This document shows positions 1-12,451 of a stretch of DNA of 64,000 nt, piece by piece. Both the position numbers and the translations under genes were made by a program. Position 1 is the stretch's first letter. Every line of letters begins with the position of its first letter. Source of the stretch: Selaginella moellendorffii (lineage: Eukaryota > Plantae > Lycopodiophyta); the NCBI RefSeq assembly GCF_000143415.4, contig NW_003314384.1:310001-374000 (forward strand), written 5' to 3'. Under the pieces are notes generated by a model. That model had not been told where the DNA came from. It was given only the letters and a program-made list of their open reading frames with translations, and ran no database searches.

Positions 1-3000
1 GTAACTTCAGCTTGCTTCCCCATTGCAACGAACGCAGATGGCGCCAAGCACAGTGGATGTGCTGCACACGCGCTGGCGGCCTCTTTAAAAAGAGCCAGGA
101 AGGGGCTATCTGTGGCGTCAGCAGCGTATCTCTGAAGGCCATTCGGTCCCGGAGCAATGCCCAGCCAAGGTGCTACTTGTACCATCTGACTCGTCTCGGT
201 TTCTTTCTGCCAGAAAACAAAAAGCTTTGTCAAGAAGAAAGGAAGAAATGAAATGCAGCACCATACCATTGCCATATCCAGCAACGACATAAGGAAGAGC
301 AACGTTCCAATTTCTTTCAGACATTCTATAAAGTTAACTTTCCCTTCGTAGCTTGTTACCCACTGAAGTTGCTCCTTCAGGATTTTCATTGCCCCTGCAC
401 AAAGAAACAAATATTAGAACAACTCCAGCAAACTCAGTAGCTCACCCGCAACACCAGCTTCTGGAGTCGGGAGGTTTATCGCCTTCGGCATGGCTCCACG
501 AAGATCACCAACACTGGAATCTAGAGACGACGTGATCTGTTCAAAACACACGCAATAAAACACTCGGATCAAATGAAAACCACACACTGACCTTTTGAGA
601 AAGGTGATCCAACAAAGCTCGGATAAGCCAAGGTAGCGAGCGAGAACCCAGCAGCTTGACTATGCACAGCATGTGAGGCAATCCAAAGAACTTGCTGAAA
701 AGATCGGTGTACATGGCATGTGCCATGTTCAAGTCCTAAGAAACAGAATGTCAACTCAACATGAAAACAATCAGCAACCTTACCGGAGTGCCACAAAGGA
801 AACTGTAATCCGCGTGGGGAACTGGAGCACGTCGAAAGGCTCGCTGGCAGGCCTTAGGTGACCTGATGAGCCTTAAGCTTGAGTTGCATAAAATGAAGTT
901 CGGAATAACATCGTTCTGAATCTCCGAGAATATCTAAGGAGGAAAATCATTTAGAAATCGAGTAGCATGAGCTCTACCTGCGATGCTAGTCGAGAAGAAA
1001 ACGACACCATTGAAATATTCTCCATCATTTCCTCCAGGATAAGATTGAACGGATCTAGAGTGAGCTGATCTGCAAGAAGGCAATGCGTAGCTCGGAGAAT
1101 TTCAATTAAATGGTCGAGCTCCTGTGAAGTTGGTTAGGAACAACGTCACAAGTCGAAGTGTTAAACGTACCACAATGGTGCAGAGGTCATGGGATTCAAA
1201 CCGCTCAAGTAAAAAGTCAAGATTTTCGCGGAAAATTTTGTTTAGTCGCTGCTCAATGAGAAAAGCAAGGTCTATGTCCCGTCCCAATATCTGTGTTCAA
1301 CGTGAGCATGCCAACATATAGTTGAAAATGGACATTGAAATACCTGAACTCGCCGCATCTGAAACAATGGCTCGTAACGTTTTGGAAATACCCGGAATTT
1401 GTCCTGAAGTTCGGAACTGGCGACGAATGTTGCATCAAGTTGCTTGCTGAACAGACGTGGTAAATTACGCAACAAATCTAACGCTGCCGGCACACACACC
1501 TTGAAGCCCGACTTTTGTAGTAGGAAAATATGTGCTCACTCAATTTAAAAACCAGCTGGTCAAAGCACAAGTCAACCTGTAACAGACGACGACTTGGCAG
1601 TAAATCCAGCGTGCTTGTGTAATCTACTTACCTCGGCCTCGACCTCATCGTATAGAAAGCGTTGCTTGAGCCTACGGAGCGCATGCTCTGCAGAGTCATT
1701 ATAAATATCAAATGGCACCAAGACGCTCTCGAGTAAAGCAGCATCTTGAGATTCTAGTATATAATCCACCAGCATCCACGGAAAAGAACACTCGATAGGA
1801 AACTGTAACATGCATTCAAAGAACCAGTAACGTCAGTAGAATACTTGACAGCGAGTACCTGTATTACACGAGAAGTTTCCAGATAAAACTCACGGAACCA
1901 GATAAATCCGAGATCGGTGACATGAAAAATCGTAGCTGAATTATCATGTTTAAGGAAGCATGCAGAGAATGAAATGCATAAATTCACCTTTGTAATCGAG
2001 GATGTAGGGGTAAAACGCCAGCTTGTTGAAGAACAAGTCGAGTTGTTTCATGTCGGCTGATGCGATCTCAGTTTCGTTACTTCCAAAAAATACTGCAGCT
2101 TTCTTGGGACTCCCAGAGATAAGTTCGTGGATCAGAAATTGCAGGCAATGAAGCTGAAAGGAGAAAAGTCAAATAGATTTAAAGAGAATGCCGAAAGGCT
2201 ACAAACCTGGGCAGCCGTAGGAGCTGTAGCCCGAACCGTGATTGGAAATCTATCAGTTTCATCTTTCGTCTTCCTGAAAGATCCTTTCTCTTGATCACCA
2301 TTACTATTTGTCCAGTCCGCTGCGATGGTCCTCATCTCAGTAACGATTCTAAGATCAAAACAACAATGCGCATCAGTTATTTTGATGTACTAATGTCCTT
2401 ACCGAGATAGTTCTTTCTTTTTCTTCATGGAAGTTCGCAGCATCAAGGAAAGCTTGTTTTGCACAAAGTCTTGCAATTGCGAATGTATGAGTTCGCATAC
2501 TGTCTCGGCAACTTGAGTATCAACGTGCTCCAGCATGGAGCCAACACCCTTGATATAGCTTATCAGCTCCACCATAGCTTTTCTTTCTTCGGGGGAATAG
2601 TTGCAGCGTACAACCTTAAAACCAAACGCTCAAAACTTAGCATCTTAATCGACATGCCAGCCATACCTTCTCATAGTCTGTGACAACAGCTGAGACATCC
2701 TCGTCGTATGGAGTGGCTTCTTTTGAAGGTCTGGAGAACTTCCAAGCACACTGCTCCCACACGCGGCCTGTCCATTCACTAAGACACTGAAAGCCTTCAA
2801 GAATTGCCATGTAGACATCCTCCTTGATCTTGGCACTGAGAGCCTCGTCTACGTTTCTGGCACACTTTAGAAGCTGGAGCTGCAAAGAATAAAAAATGGT
2901 CGGAATATTACTCGACACATACAATGAGCTTCTTACCTTGTTTATCGCAGCAGCAAAGTGCAAGCAGAACTCGTCATGAGCGAAGCGAATGGCAGGCATG

Positions 3001-4686
3001 TGATGTATGATCAGATACTCTTTCTGATACGTTCTCCTCGTCAAGGCGACAAAAAGAAAATAAAAACATGGCCACCAGAGAAAGGATATTCTAAAGCTTC
3101 ACGGGGAGCAAGCTCGTGGGGTGCAGGCAACGACGTCAATCTGCTTTGAGCCGCAACTTTCCGAAAGTAAGGCGACAGTTCTTTCAGCATGCTTGCAGGC
3201 GAAAGGTGAAGATCTGGAAATGCGGGAATTACCGGATCACTCTAAGAACAGAAACAAATCATTTATCAGAAGGAAACTGGAAATGAAATGTACCCGAAAC
3301 ACCCGGATGAGCCTGTTTATTTTGATCTTCTTGAATGTTGAGTCGCCTTCTTTCTCAGAGGAAATGGCGAGAACCACCAGAACGGGTAGCACCCTGAGCA
3401 ATACATGCCTCTCGGAGTAAAGGACAACATGGTCGGACTCCAATGCATCCAGGCAGAAGTTGATCAAAACTTGAAGGAGGTCTTCCAAGCTGTTCAAGCT
3501 CATGTAAGAAAAACGGAAAGGAGAACAAAGCATACTTGTTCACTCGGAAAAGTTCTGCCTGTATATTAAGCAAGATGGCCCATCTTGTACTCAGGAAAAT
3601 CTGCACAATTATAAACCTCAAGGTATGGAGAAAAAGTAGAGATACCTGCAGGTCATCCAGTTCTTCTCTCATGGAATCCGTATCCGGCCACTGGGTGCTT
3701 ATTTGAGTGAACGTTCTGTGAAATCAAATAGTCCGGCGGCAGGGAAAAAGATAGAACGCAATAAATAGTGATCTCACCTCTTGTACCATGAAAAATCATT
3801 TGGGATGCTTGCTTTTGCATTCTTCAAATGGTCGAGTTGCAAAAGAACATCGAGAAGCTTTAGAATACACCTGTATGCTTGGAAGTTGTGATGCAAAACG
3901 AAAAACAAAGAAGTATCACATACCACATATGTGTCACGGTTGGACCATTAATTCTTCTCTCCGGCCGACAGAACTTTTGCATATTGCCTGCGAGCTGTGA
4001 AAATAATGAGCACTTACAGAAGCACTCGAAAAATCATATCATACTTTTGACGCGGCTGTTGTTTGCCAGCGCTGGATGTCACGTAAGCGGCCGATCTCAA
4101 TGTCGAGCACTTGGTACGTTTCCAGGTACAAATCTGCCTGGCTCTGTTTCATGGAGTCGGGGAGCTACCGATCCATTATAAGAAGAGAGCCAAGTGAGTC
4201 GAGCAAGTCGAGAGAGTCTTGGAACAATCTTTGCAATAGCTACCTGTGGGAGAGCCTTGACACAGCTGCGATACGTATAGAGGATAGAAACCATCTCGTT
4301 GCCTTGCTCCACCAGCACATTCTGTAAATCTCGATATAAGTAAGAAGTCGTCCAGAGAAAACCAACAAACCAGCTGATTGATCGACTTAGAGTCTTCCGT
4401 GAGTTGTAGCTGGTAAGCAGCAACATCCTCGTAATCTGCCAGGTTTTTTAATCGGGTGAGCGAGCGAGAGATCCATACTCCCTAGCTAGTACTAAGTAGA
4501 ATGCGATCGTGTATTACCGAGAGGACTTTGAGACGCATTCTTGCCAGTGAGAAGCGTGACAGCAAGCCCTTGAATGTCCGGCTGGTTGCCCTGGAGCAGC
4601 GGCAAAGCTTTTCATCCATGGAATCACAAGGTGCTTGCGCTTACCTCCAAAGCAAATGTGGATAGCGCTGCCACCGCTTCCTCCAT
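1..4686 (-). CDS. PIR: PIR/SRA1/CYFIP subunit of the SCAR/WAVE complex; multi-exon, 3' end runs off the window
   Basis: Spliced exons read [105 protein letters not shown]. All match plant PIROGI/CYFIP. ATG at 4686. Confidence 0.95.
3031..3089 (-). other. U12-type AT-AC intron (59 nt) in PIR
   Basis: 5' ATATCCTTT, branch-like CCTTGAC just upstream of a 3' AC. Removing it gives EALE-YQ, the conserved PIR sequence. Confidence 0.9.
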
Positions 4687-4826
4687 TCCGCGCCCTCCTG
4701 GAGCTCTCTCTCCCAGCCCTAGGAGCTAACAAGACACACACGAAACTCTCTCTTCTGTATAGATCGGGCAAGGAATATACAGCGAATAAGTTATTGGGTG
4801 TTAAGTAGTGTACAGGCGAAAGGAGA

Positions 4827-7783
4827 TCACAGGCCAAACTTTGGTATGATCTGGACGATAACATCGCACTCGCTGACGTCCTCGTGGTTGTCTACGTTAT
4901 TGTCTCGCGGGAGCTGCATGGAGCAGTAGTGAACCGCGTCGTCCACAGTCAAGAAGATCCACCGCTGTCCCAAGATATCGACAAAGCCACCCCTGTGCAG
5001 CCTCTCAATCACTTCGGCTCCAGGATTCGCTAGAACTAGCTGCGCATTAGATGGAAATCCATGTCAAAAGAAAGACAAAAAGAAAGGTGATTCAACGAAT
5101 CCCTCTACCTGAATGTCTGACGCCTTGAGCGCCCTGTGGATCTCCACAAAGGCGTGGATTCCCGACGTGTCGATGCTCATGACAGCTGAAACACGGCGTC
5201 CAATAGTGTTACATGCGCAAGAACAGAAAGAAGCTTACGAGAGAGATCGATTACGAGAAATCTGAGAGGCGAGGCCTTTGCGAGATTCGTCTCCTGCTCT
5301 ATCCATCTTATGATCCTGAGAGCCACCATGAAAGAAACAAGCTTTGTCACTGTTCTCCCGTTTCAAAGGCTTGATCGAAAACACCGTACCTACGCGAAAG
5401 TGAATTTACCTTTCTCTGACGTAATTGGCATTGGAGAAGTAAATCGCGGCTTCGATGCGGACGACCAAGATCCCCGGTACTCGAATGGCCTGTGGATACT
5501 GCTCGATACTCCGATAGATGCTCGTCCCCGGAATCTTTCCCAGGATCGCAGCATGAGGCCTGGTGACGTGCAGCAGTACCTTGAGCACAGAGATGCCAAC
5601 CTGCGAGCCATGGGGTCGATCGTGTCAGTTTCGGATAACGAGCATTCCTTTCTCAAACATGAGTTCTTCGAAACTCAAGCTTACCGCCACCGAAAGTCCC
5701 AGAGGGATGGAATGGAAGATAACACCGAAGAATGCTCCCATGCACGCCAGGAAGTCGATCTTGTCCACCTTCCATATCTCGTAAGCTGCGACCGGATCGA
5801 TCAAGCCCACGAGCGCGCAGAAGATGATGACCGAGAGTATAACGTTGGGAGTGTAGTGAAAGAGCGGCGTGAGTGCCAAAAGGGTCACCATGACTAGAGC
5901 CGACATGACAATGCTAGAAACCGGTGTCTTGCAGCCGGCGTTGTGGTTCACTGCGGTCCGGGACATCGCCGCTGCATCAACAATGAAAGTTATGCTTCGA
6001 TCATGCGTAAAGATGCTCTAGTCTTACCAGATGATCCCATGCACGACAAGCAGGAGCCAATCAAGTTGATCATGCCGCTGGCGATCATCTCCTTGTTCCC
6101 ATCAATGTGGTAGTTTTTAAGCGACGCAAACGTTCGGCCCACCAGGATGACTTGCTGCCAAGGCAAGCATGTTTCTCTGAATGAATTACTCAACACCAAG
6201 CCTCCGAGTTACCAAAGCGATTGACAAGAATTACCATGAGTCCGACGAGGCCAAGCACCACCCCAATCTTGACAGATTTGACGAGGAATGGGCCGTGGAA
6301 GGACAAGTAGCGCAGAGATGGCGGATTCAATCCCTTCCTCAAGTTCCCGACCTGTATATATAGAGTTTGCCCAAGGAGTTATGCTCGAGAGGGAAGAACT
6401 TACGATGCCAACGCTGTGGTGGTCGGCCCGTGTGAGGAAGACGATGAGCGTGGAGAGGGCGACGGATGTAACCGGGGCCACTGCCGACACCCAAAACAGA
6501 CGCTTTTTTCGCTTGCTCTGCAAACAACGCCAGCTGACTTATATATGTGTCTTATATGTGATCGCCATCAAGATCATCGCACGCAAAGCCAAACTTACAA
6601 TCACTCTGGCCGTCGTCAGCAGCGAGATGAAGAAGACGCCAAACACGATGGTCCTCCAGTTCCACTGCCCATCAAACGTTAAGACGAACAAGTTGAAGCT
6701 TCTCTAGAGACTAGACTAGGTAGGAGATCTCACAAGAAAAACCGACCTGGGAGGGGTGCTGGAAGATGGAGTGCACGACCGAGACGATATCAGACTTCCT
6801 GGTGAAGTGCGTGAGCCCAAGAATGCCTTTGAACTGCTGGAGCGCCACCACCAGCGACGCCCCCGACATGAAGCCCACGGTGGTGGCGTGGGAGAGGAAA
6901 TCGATGACAAAGCCCAGCCTGACATGGTGCGAATTTGATCACCTATCGCGAGGAAGAAGAGCCCTACTTGTACTTTACCTGAAGAAGCCGAGCATCGCCT
7001 GGAACAAGCCGGCAAAGAAGACGGCCATGAAGGCGAGGCGGAGATGGTCCTCGACGCTCTCGTTGTGAGCGCCCAGCTCCGATCGCACCAGGCTTCCCAG
7101 CAGCAGCGCGAACACCGCCTCGGGACCCATGGCCACATCCTTGGAGCTCCCGAAGAGTGCGTAGATCACGGGCGGGACGACGCAAGTGTCTACAAGGACA
7201 AAAGCGATTATCAACTTTGGAGCATGACGAAGAGCTTGTGTGTGCTTTCTTACATAGCCCCAGCACTGCAGGCAGACCCGCGAGCCTTGCGTACGCGATT
7301 CCCTGTTACCAGATCATCGGAGTGAAAGATTCAGTGGGATTCTTGAAGTAGCTAGATAGAACTTAGAAGCTTTACTTGTGGGATGGAGAGGCTGGCGATG
7401 GTGATCCCGGCGATGAGATCGCTCTTGAAGTAGGCTTGCTTGTACTTGGGCAGCCACTCGAGGATGGGGAAGACGTACTGGGCAGCCATGGCGATCTTGG
7501 TGGCGGGTGGCTGGTTCTTGAAGTGGCGGAAGGGATCGTCCGGGAAGAGCGTCTCCCTGGACGCCGAAGACAATTTCCGGAACGCGCTCTTGCGCGGCGC
7601 TCGCTGCACCTCCTGCATGCTGTGCACATTGATGGAGCCCGGCTGCACGATGTATCGCTCCGACGAACCCGACACGATCCGGGACAAGGACTGTTCCACG
7701 CCTCCGCGGCTCTCCCCTGATCTGTTCTGGTAGCTCTCCAGCTGCCCAGCTTGTTGCTGCTCGTCAATCTTGTGCTCATCCAT
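4827..7783 (-). CDS. SULTR: SLC26/SulP sulfate transporter with STAS domain, copy A (divergent)
   Basis: ETLFPDDPFRHFKNQ, DLIAGITIASLSIPQGIAYA, GSSKDVAMGP, NYHIDGNKEM, SRTAVNHNAGCKT, WKVDKIDF, IYFSNANYVRER, IDTSG, LANPG. GT-AG introns. ATG at 7783. Confidence 0.93.
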
Positions 7784-9657
7784 GGTCGCCAATTGGTGGT
7801 AAAAACACTATTGATCAAAGAACACAAACCTCTCGAGGTCTCTTGCTATAACTAGTTAGAGGAGAACCGATTGAGCTTAGAGCTCTAGCTTGGAGCTGAG
7901 AGGAATGATCTTTCAAAAGGCAAAATCATAGCGAGTCGAGACGAGGATCTTTTCCTTTATAGGCAGGGGATTCCAACGGGATTCCTATATCACCCAGAAA
8001 TGCTGCCCGCATTCCCAGAATCGAGAAAGGGAGCGCCTAACTTAGCCTCCATTCTTTTTTCCAAGCTTGCAATCTCACCCCCATTATACATATGATAGAT
8101 TCACAAGGACCACCGAGACGACCCGCGTGGACCGCCACCTCGGCTCAAAGTGTGTACTTAAGTACACGCTCCACGTATTTCCCTTCCAATATTCTCACGC
8201 ATATTCGATCGATCATCAAGGATTTTGGTTTCTTTTCCTTGTTTTTCAGGTGGTTCTTTGGGCATTTGGGTTATGCGCTTGGGCGACACAACAGCTTCTG
8301 TTTGCCATGTTCCAGTGCTTTACGCGATGAGCTCGTAAAAATTCCAAGCTTATCTATGCATACATGTAAAGCGCTGGGTCCGATCGCTGGCCAGCGCTAG
8401 AGAAAAGGAGAGCGAGAGGTGTCGATCGCAGATGCAATTTTTTTGAAGATTCGAGATGTCTCTAGGCTCATGCACCAGTGTCCGTGGTCACGAACATATT
8501 CGATTCCGCTGGTCGGTGAAGGCAATGTTTTTGAGATCATCCTTTTCACAACCAGTTTGATTCAACACGATCACCACCTTAATTTCGGACAACTCTACGG
8601 TGCCACGCCTCGGAACTTCTCCCCAGTCACGCAAACGAAACGATTAAGGCTCCTGTGTGAGGGAGATTCTCTCGTGCTTTAAAATGGACTCTGCCTCCAT
8701 GGCTTCTGGATATAGATTAAAAAACTCATGCATGGAAGTGGTGCACTGATCATGTAATAGAAGAGCAAGAAAGCATGACATAGTTGGATTCATGGGCAGA
8801 CGTGCTTCTTCAATTGGAGTAATAAAAATCGTGTGTTTTGCCACTCACCCCCAGAGAGATCTGCCATGATATTTATTCCTCACCTGTGGATTTCTTCTTG
8901 AGTGGCATTGGTTGGAGCCCAAGTCGACCAGCAATGGAAACGACAATCACATGAGCAAATTATGCACCCACCCTCCCTCCATTTTTTGATATATTGTATG
9001 CTCCTGAAAGAAGCTTTCCGGACGACCTCTTTCTCGAGATCGGGCTTGGCCTCGATTCGGATGTGTTGGTCAGATCATTATTTCTTCCTGGTGACGTCGA
9101 CTTGCACTCGCTTGCATCAATCAATCGCTCCAGAAGAGGGAAAGAGAAGCTTGACATTTGATGTCAAAAGCAAGTTGATATGTGGAAAAGGTTGGTCATT
9201 GGTGGGGAACAATGCCTGCAGGGGAGAACAATTGGCCGAGCATGCCACAACAGGACAGTGTACTTCAGTAAAAAAGAAGAAAGAAGAGAAAAAAAGCTCG
9301 ATCGCCCGGCTGCATTTTCAAAAGGAGATTGGAATCTCTTCGCAAAGAAGAACACGAAGATTGCGATTCAAAGCAGGCTAGGCCAGGGACGCACACACAC
9401 CCACACTGCGGGAAGAACAATCCAGAGTGGGATTCTTGTTTATGTTTATCTAGTGTCTTCTAAACTTAGAAGTTTCACTACCAAAACAAGGGTTCCATTT
9501 TCCATTTTCCATTCCCCATTCCACTCGGTGCTCAACTTGGGCGCCCTCCAAGGTACGAGCTACTTTGCTTGCTTTGTTGACTGTTCGTCAGTCCCCAAAA
9601 CTTTGGTGTCGATCTCTCCTCTATTTCTCAATCAGTCCTTTTTCTTTTTTCCTCCCA

Positions 9658-12451
9658 TCATCTTTGTATGGTCACTTCTGGCATCTCCTTCGTCTTTTGC
9701 AAATTGACTGAGCAGTACTCCACTGCGTCGTCCACTGTCAGGAACACCCATTGCTCGCCCAGCTTCTCCACGAAACCCGACTTGTGTAGAGTTTCTATGA
9801 GGTTTGCCCCTGGGTTCGCTAGAGCCAGCTGCATTGTTTTTAACTTTAGATTTTGAGAGAAGAAAAAGAGAGAAAGATTTACCTGCATTTCCATCAAGTT
9901 TAGATTTCTGAGAATCTCTCCCAGGACGTGAAGCCCAGACGTGTCGATGGTCATGACCGCTGATCATGGGTGAGTGTTACATCAGAGAGACAGAGAGAAA
10001 GGTTAAGAATGTGTGATGAGCTTACGTGTGAGGTCGAGTATGAGGTATTTTAATGCGCTTTCACCCGGAAGCTTGTCTCTCCCTTGCTCTTCCTCTATAT
10101 ATCTTGTCAGCCTGGCGATAGATTACACACGCCTTTTAGACTTTGTGTAACAGGAGGACTAACTAACCTTTCTCGTATGTAGTTGGAGTTTGAGAAGTAA
10201 ATGGACGCGTCTATGCGAACTATGAGAACTCCCGGGATCCTTACAGCTTTGGGGTATTGCTCGATGCTCCTATAGATGCTGGTGCCAGCAATCTTGCCTA
10301 ACGTTGCTGTGTGTGGCCGGCTGACATGCAGCAAAATCTTTCCGATGGAGATGGCAACCTGGAAGTTAAAAGTTCCACAAAATCATGGTGATTTTTCCGA
10401 CTTCTTTGCATGCTTTTGATGGACTCACCGCTATGAGTAATCCCAGCTGAATGGACTGGAAGCAGACGCCGAGAAACGCTCCCAGGCAGGCCAGAAAGTC
10501 GATCTTGTCAACCTTCCAGATGTGGTACGCTTCCACGGGATCGATGAGTGTGATGAGAGCGGAGAAGATTATCACAGAGAGGATGACGTTGGGCGTGTAG
10601 TGGAAGAGTGGTGTCAAGGCGAGAAGTGTTACCATGACGATGAGCGCCATGAAAATGCACGACAGCGACGTCTTACATCCCGCGCTGTTGTTCACTGCCG
10701 TTCGCGACATTGCTCCTGGAAGTTATATGATCGATCAGCGAAGTGTAAGTTCTCTTTTTTTTCCTTGCATGACTAACCAGTCGTGATGTAGCAGGACATG
10801 CAAGACCCCGTCATGTTCACCATTCCAAAAGCGATCATCTCCTTGTTGCCGTCGATATGATAGTTCTTGATCGATGCAAATGTTCGTCCCACCGCAATAG
10901 CTTCCTGTGGACACAAACTCTTCAGTCAACCATGATCCGTGATAGCCACTTTGGTACGTACCATGAGACCGATGATTGCTACAATGACCCCGTTTTTCAT
11001 TGCCTTTGATACCAGAGGCCCGGTCAGGTGTAGCTCCTTGAAGGATGGAGGATTGATCCCTTTCCTGAGCTGTCCTACCTACGAACAAGCAAGTAACTTA
11101 CGGCAAGAGCGAGCGAATGAAAAGATTACAATGCTGAGGTGCTCGTTGGCGTGCGTTGCAAACACACACACCGTTGCCAGGAACACCGATGTTACAGGTG
11201 CGATAGCTGAAAGCCAGAAGAGTTTCTTGTTCCTTTTGCTCTGCACAGACAAGCACCACGTCGTTAGCTTTCTTTTCCTTTTCTCTTCCTGGCTGTCAAC
11301 TTACGATTTGCCTCATTCCCAGAAGGAAGGTGAGGAAGCAGATCCCAATCACAACGGTTCGCCAATTCCACTGCCAACACAATACCAACACGAAACAAGC
11401 CGGCTGTCGTCAGTACTTGCTCTAGTATATCCTTTTTCGAGACTCGTCCTTCCGACGTATTGCGACAGGCGAGCTGAAACCTTACATGTGCTGGGTCACG
11501 GAAGATGGAATGTAAAACGGAGACAACGTCCGATTTCTTGGTGAAGTTTTGGATGCCGAGGATGCCTCTCATCTGCTGAAGGCACACGGCAACCGCCACC
11601 CCGGCTACGAACCCAACAGTCGCTGCGTGCGATAGGAAGTCAATGACAAAGCCAAGCCTGCCACCAAGCAAAACAAAATTTTACAGCAGTGTTCCTCGAG
11701 CACAGACAAAGACACAAGAAACCGAAGGCTGACCTGAGAAATCCCAGCGAGAATTGGAAGAGGCCCGCAAAAAAGGTGGAAGTAAAAGCGAGGCTCAAGT
11801 GTGCTCGCGGGTCCGTTACTTCGGGTCCGAGGTCCTCTCGGATGAGAGTTCCCAGCACAATGGAGATGACCGCAGCTGGTCCTACGGCCAAGTCCCGGGA
11901 GCTGCCAAAGATGGCATACACCATCGGCGGGAGAAAGCACGAATCTTCAAAGCAAAGTTTCCAGCGTTAGTTTACTCGGGCCAGTGCAAAGAGAAAGGAC
12001 TTCACTTACATAGTCCTACAACTGGTGGCAAGTTTGCGAGCTTGGCATAAGCGATTCCCTGCGGTTGACAGACAGTGACAAGCTCTTTAGCAGCTGGAAG
12101 AATGGCTACGTGATGGAAAGTTACCTGGGGGATTGACAGGCTTGCTGTGGTGATGCCAGCGATGAAGTCATTCTTGAGGAAGCCGAGCTTGTACTTTGGA
12201 AGCCAGTCGAGAATGGGGAAAAAGTATTGCATCAGCATGATGGCCTGGCGGTGCGACGGCTTGTTGCGAAAGTGTCGAAACGGATCGTCCGGGAAGAGCG
12301 TCTCCTTGGAAGTGGTGGAGAACGTTTGGAGCAACGACTTTGCGGGTGGACGTTGCACTGCCTGGGAGATCACCTGGTCTTTGATGCTGATGACTTCCAC
12401 ATTGTCCAGGTCCGTGTCGTTGACGTGATCGTGGCTTTCCTTTTGCACCAT
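9658..12451 (-). CDS. SULTR: SLC26/SulP sulfate transporter with STAS domain, copy B
   Basis: KETLFPDDPFRHF, DFIAGITTASLSIPQ, GSSRDLAVGP, RLGFVIDFLSHA, EAIAVGRTF, IYFSNSNYIRER, IDTSG. Intron positions match copy A. Confidence 0.95.

Noticed and set aside
8199-8206. P1BS-like GCATATTC upstream of SULTR copy A
   Set aside because: A single degenerate 8-mer is expected by chance.
8400-9707. ORFs of 100-175 aa between the SULTR genes
   Set aside because: No motif or consistent exon structure, though decayed fragments are possible.
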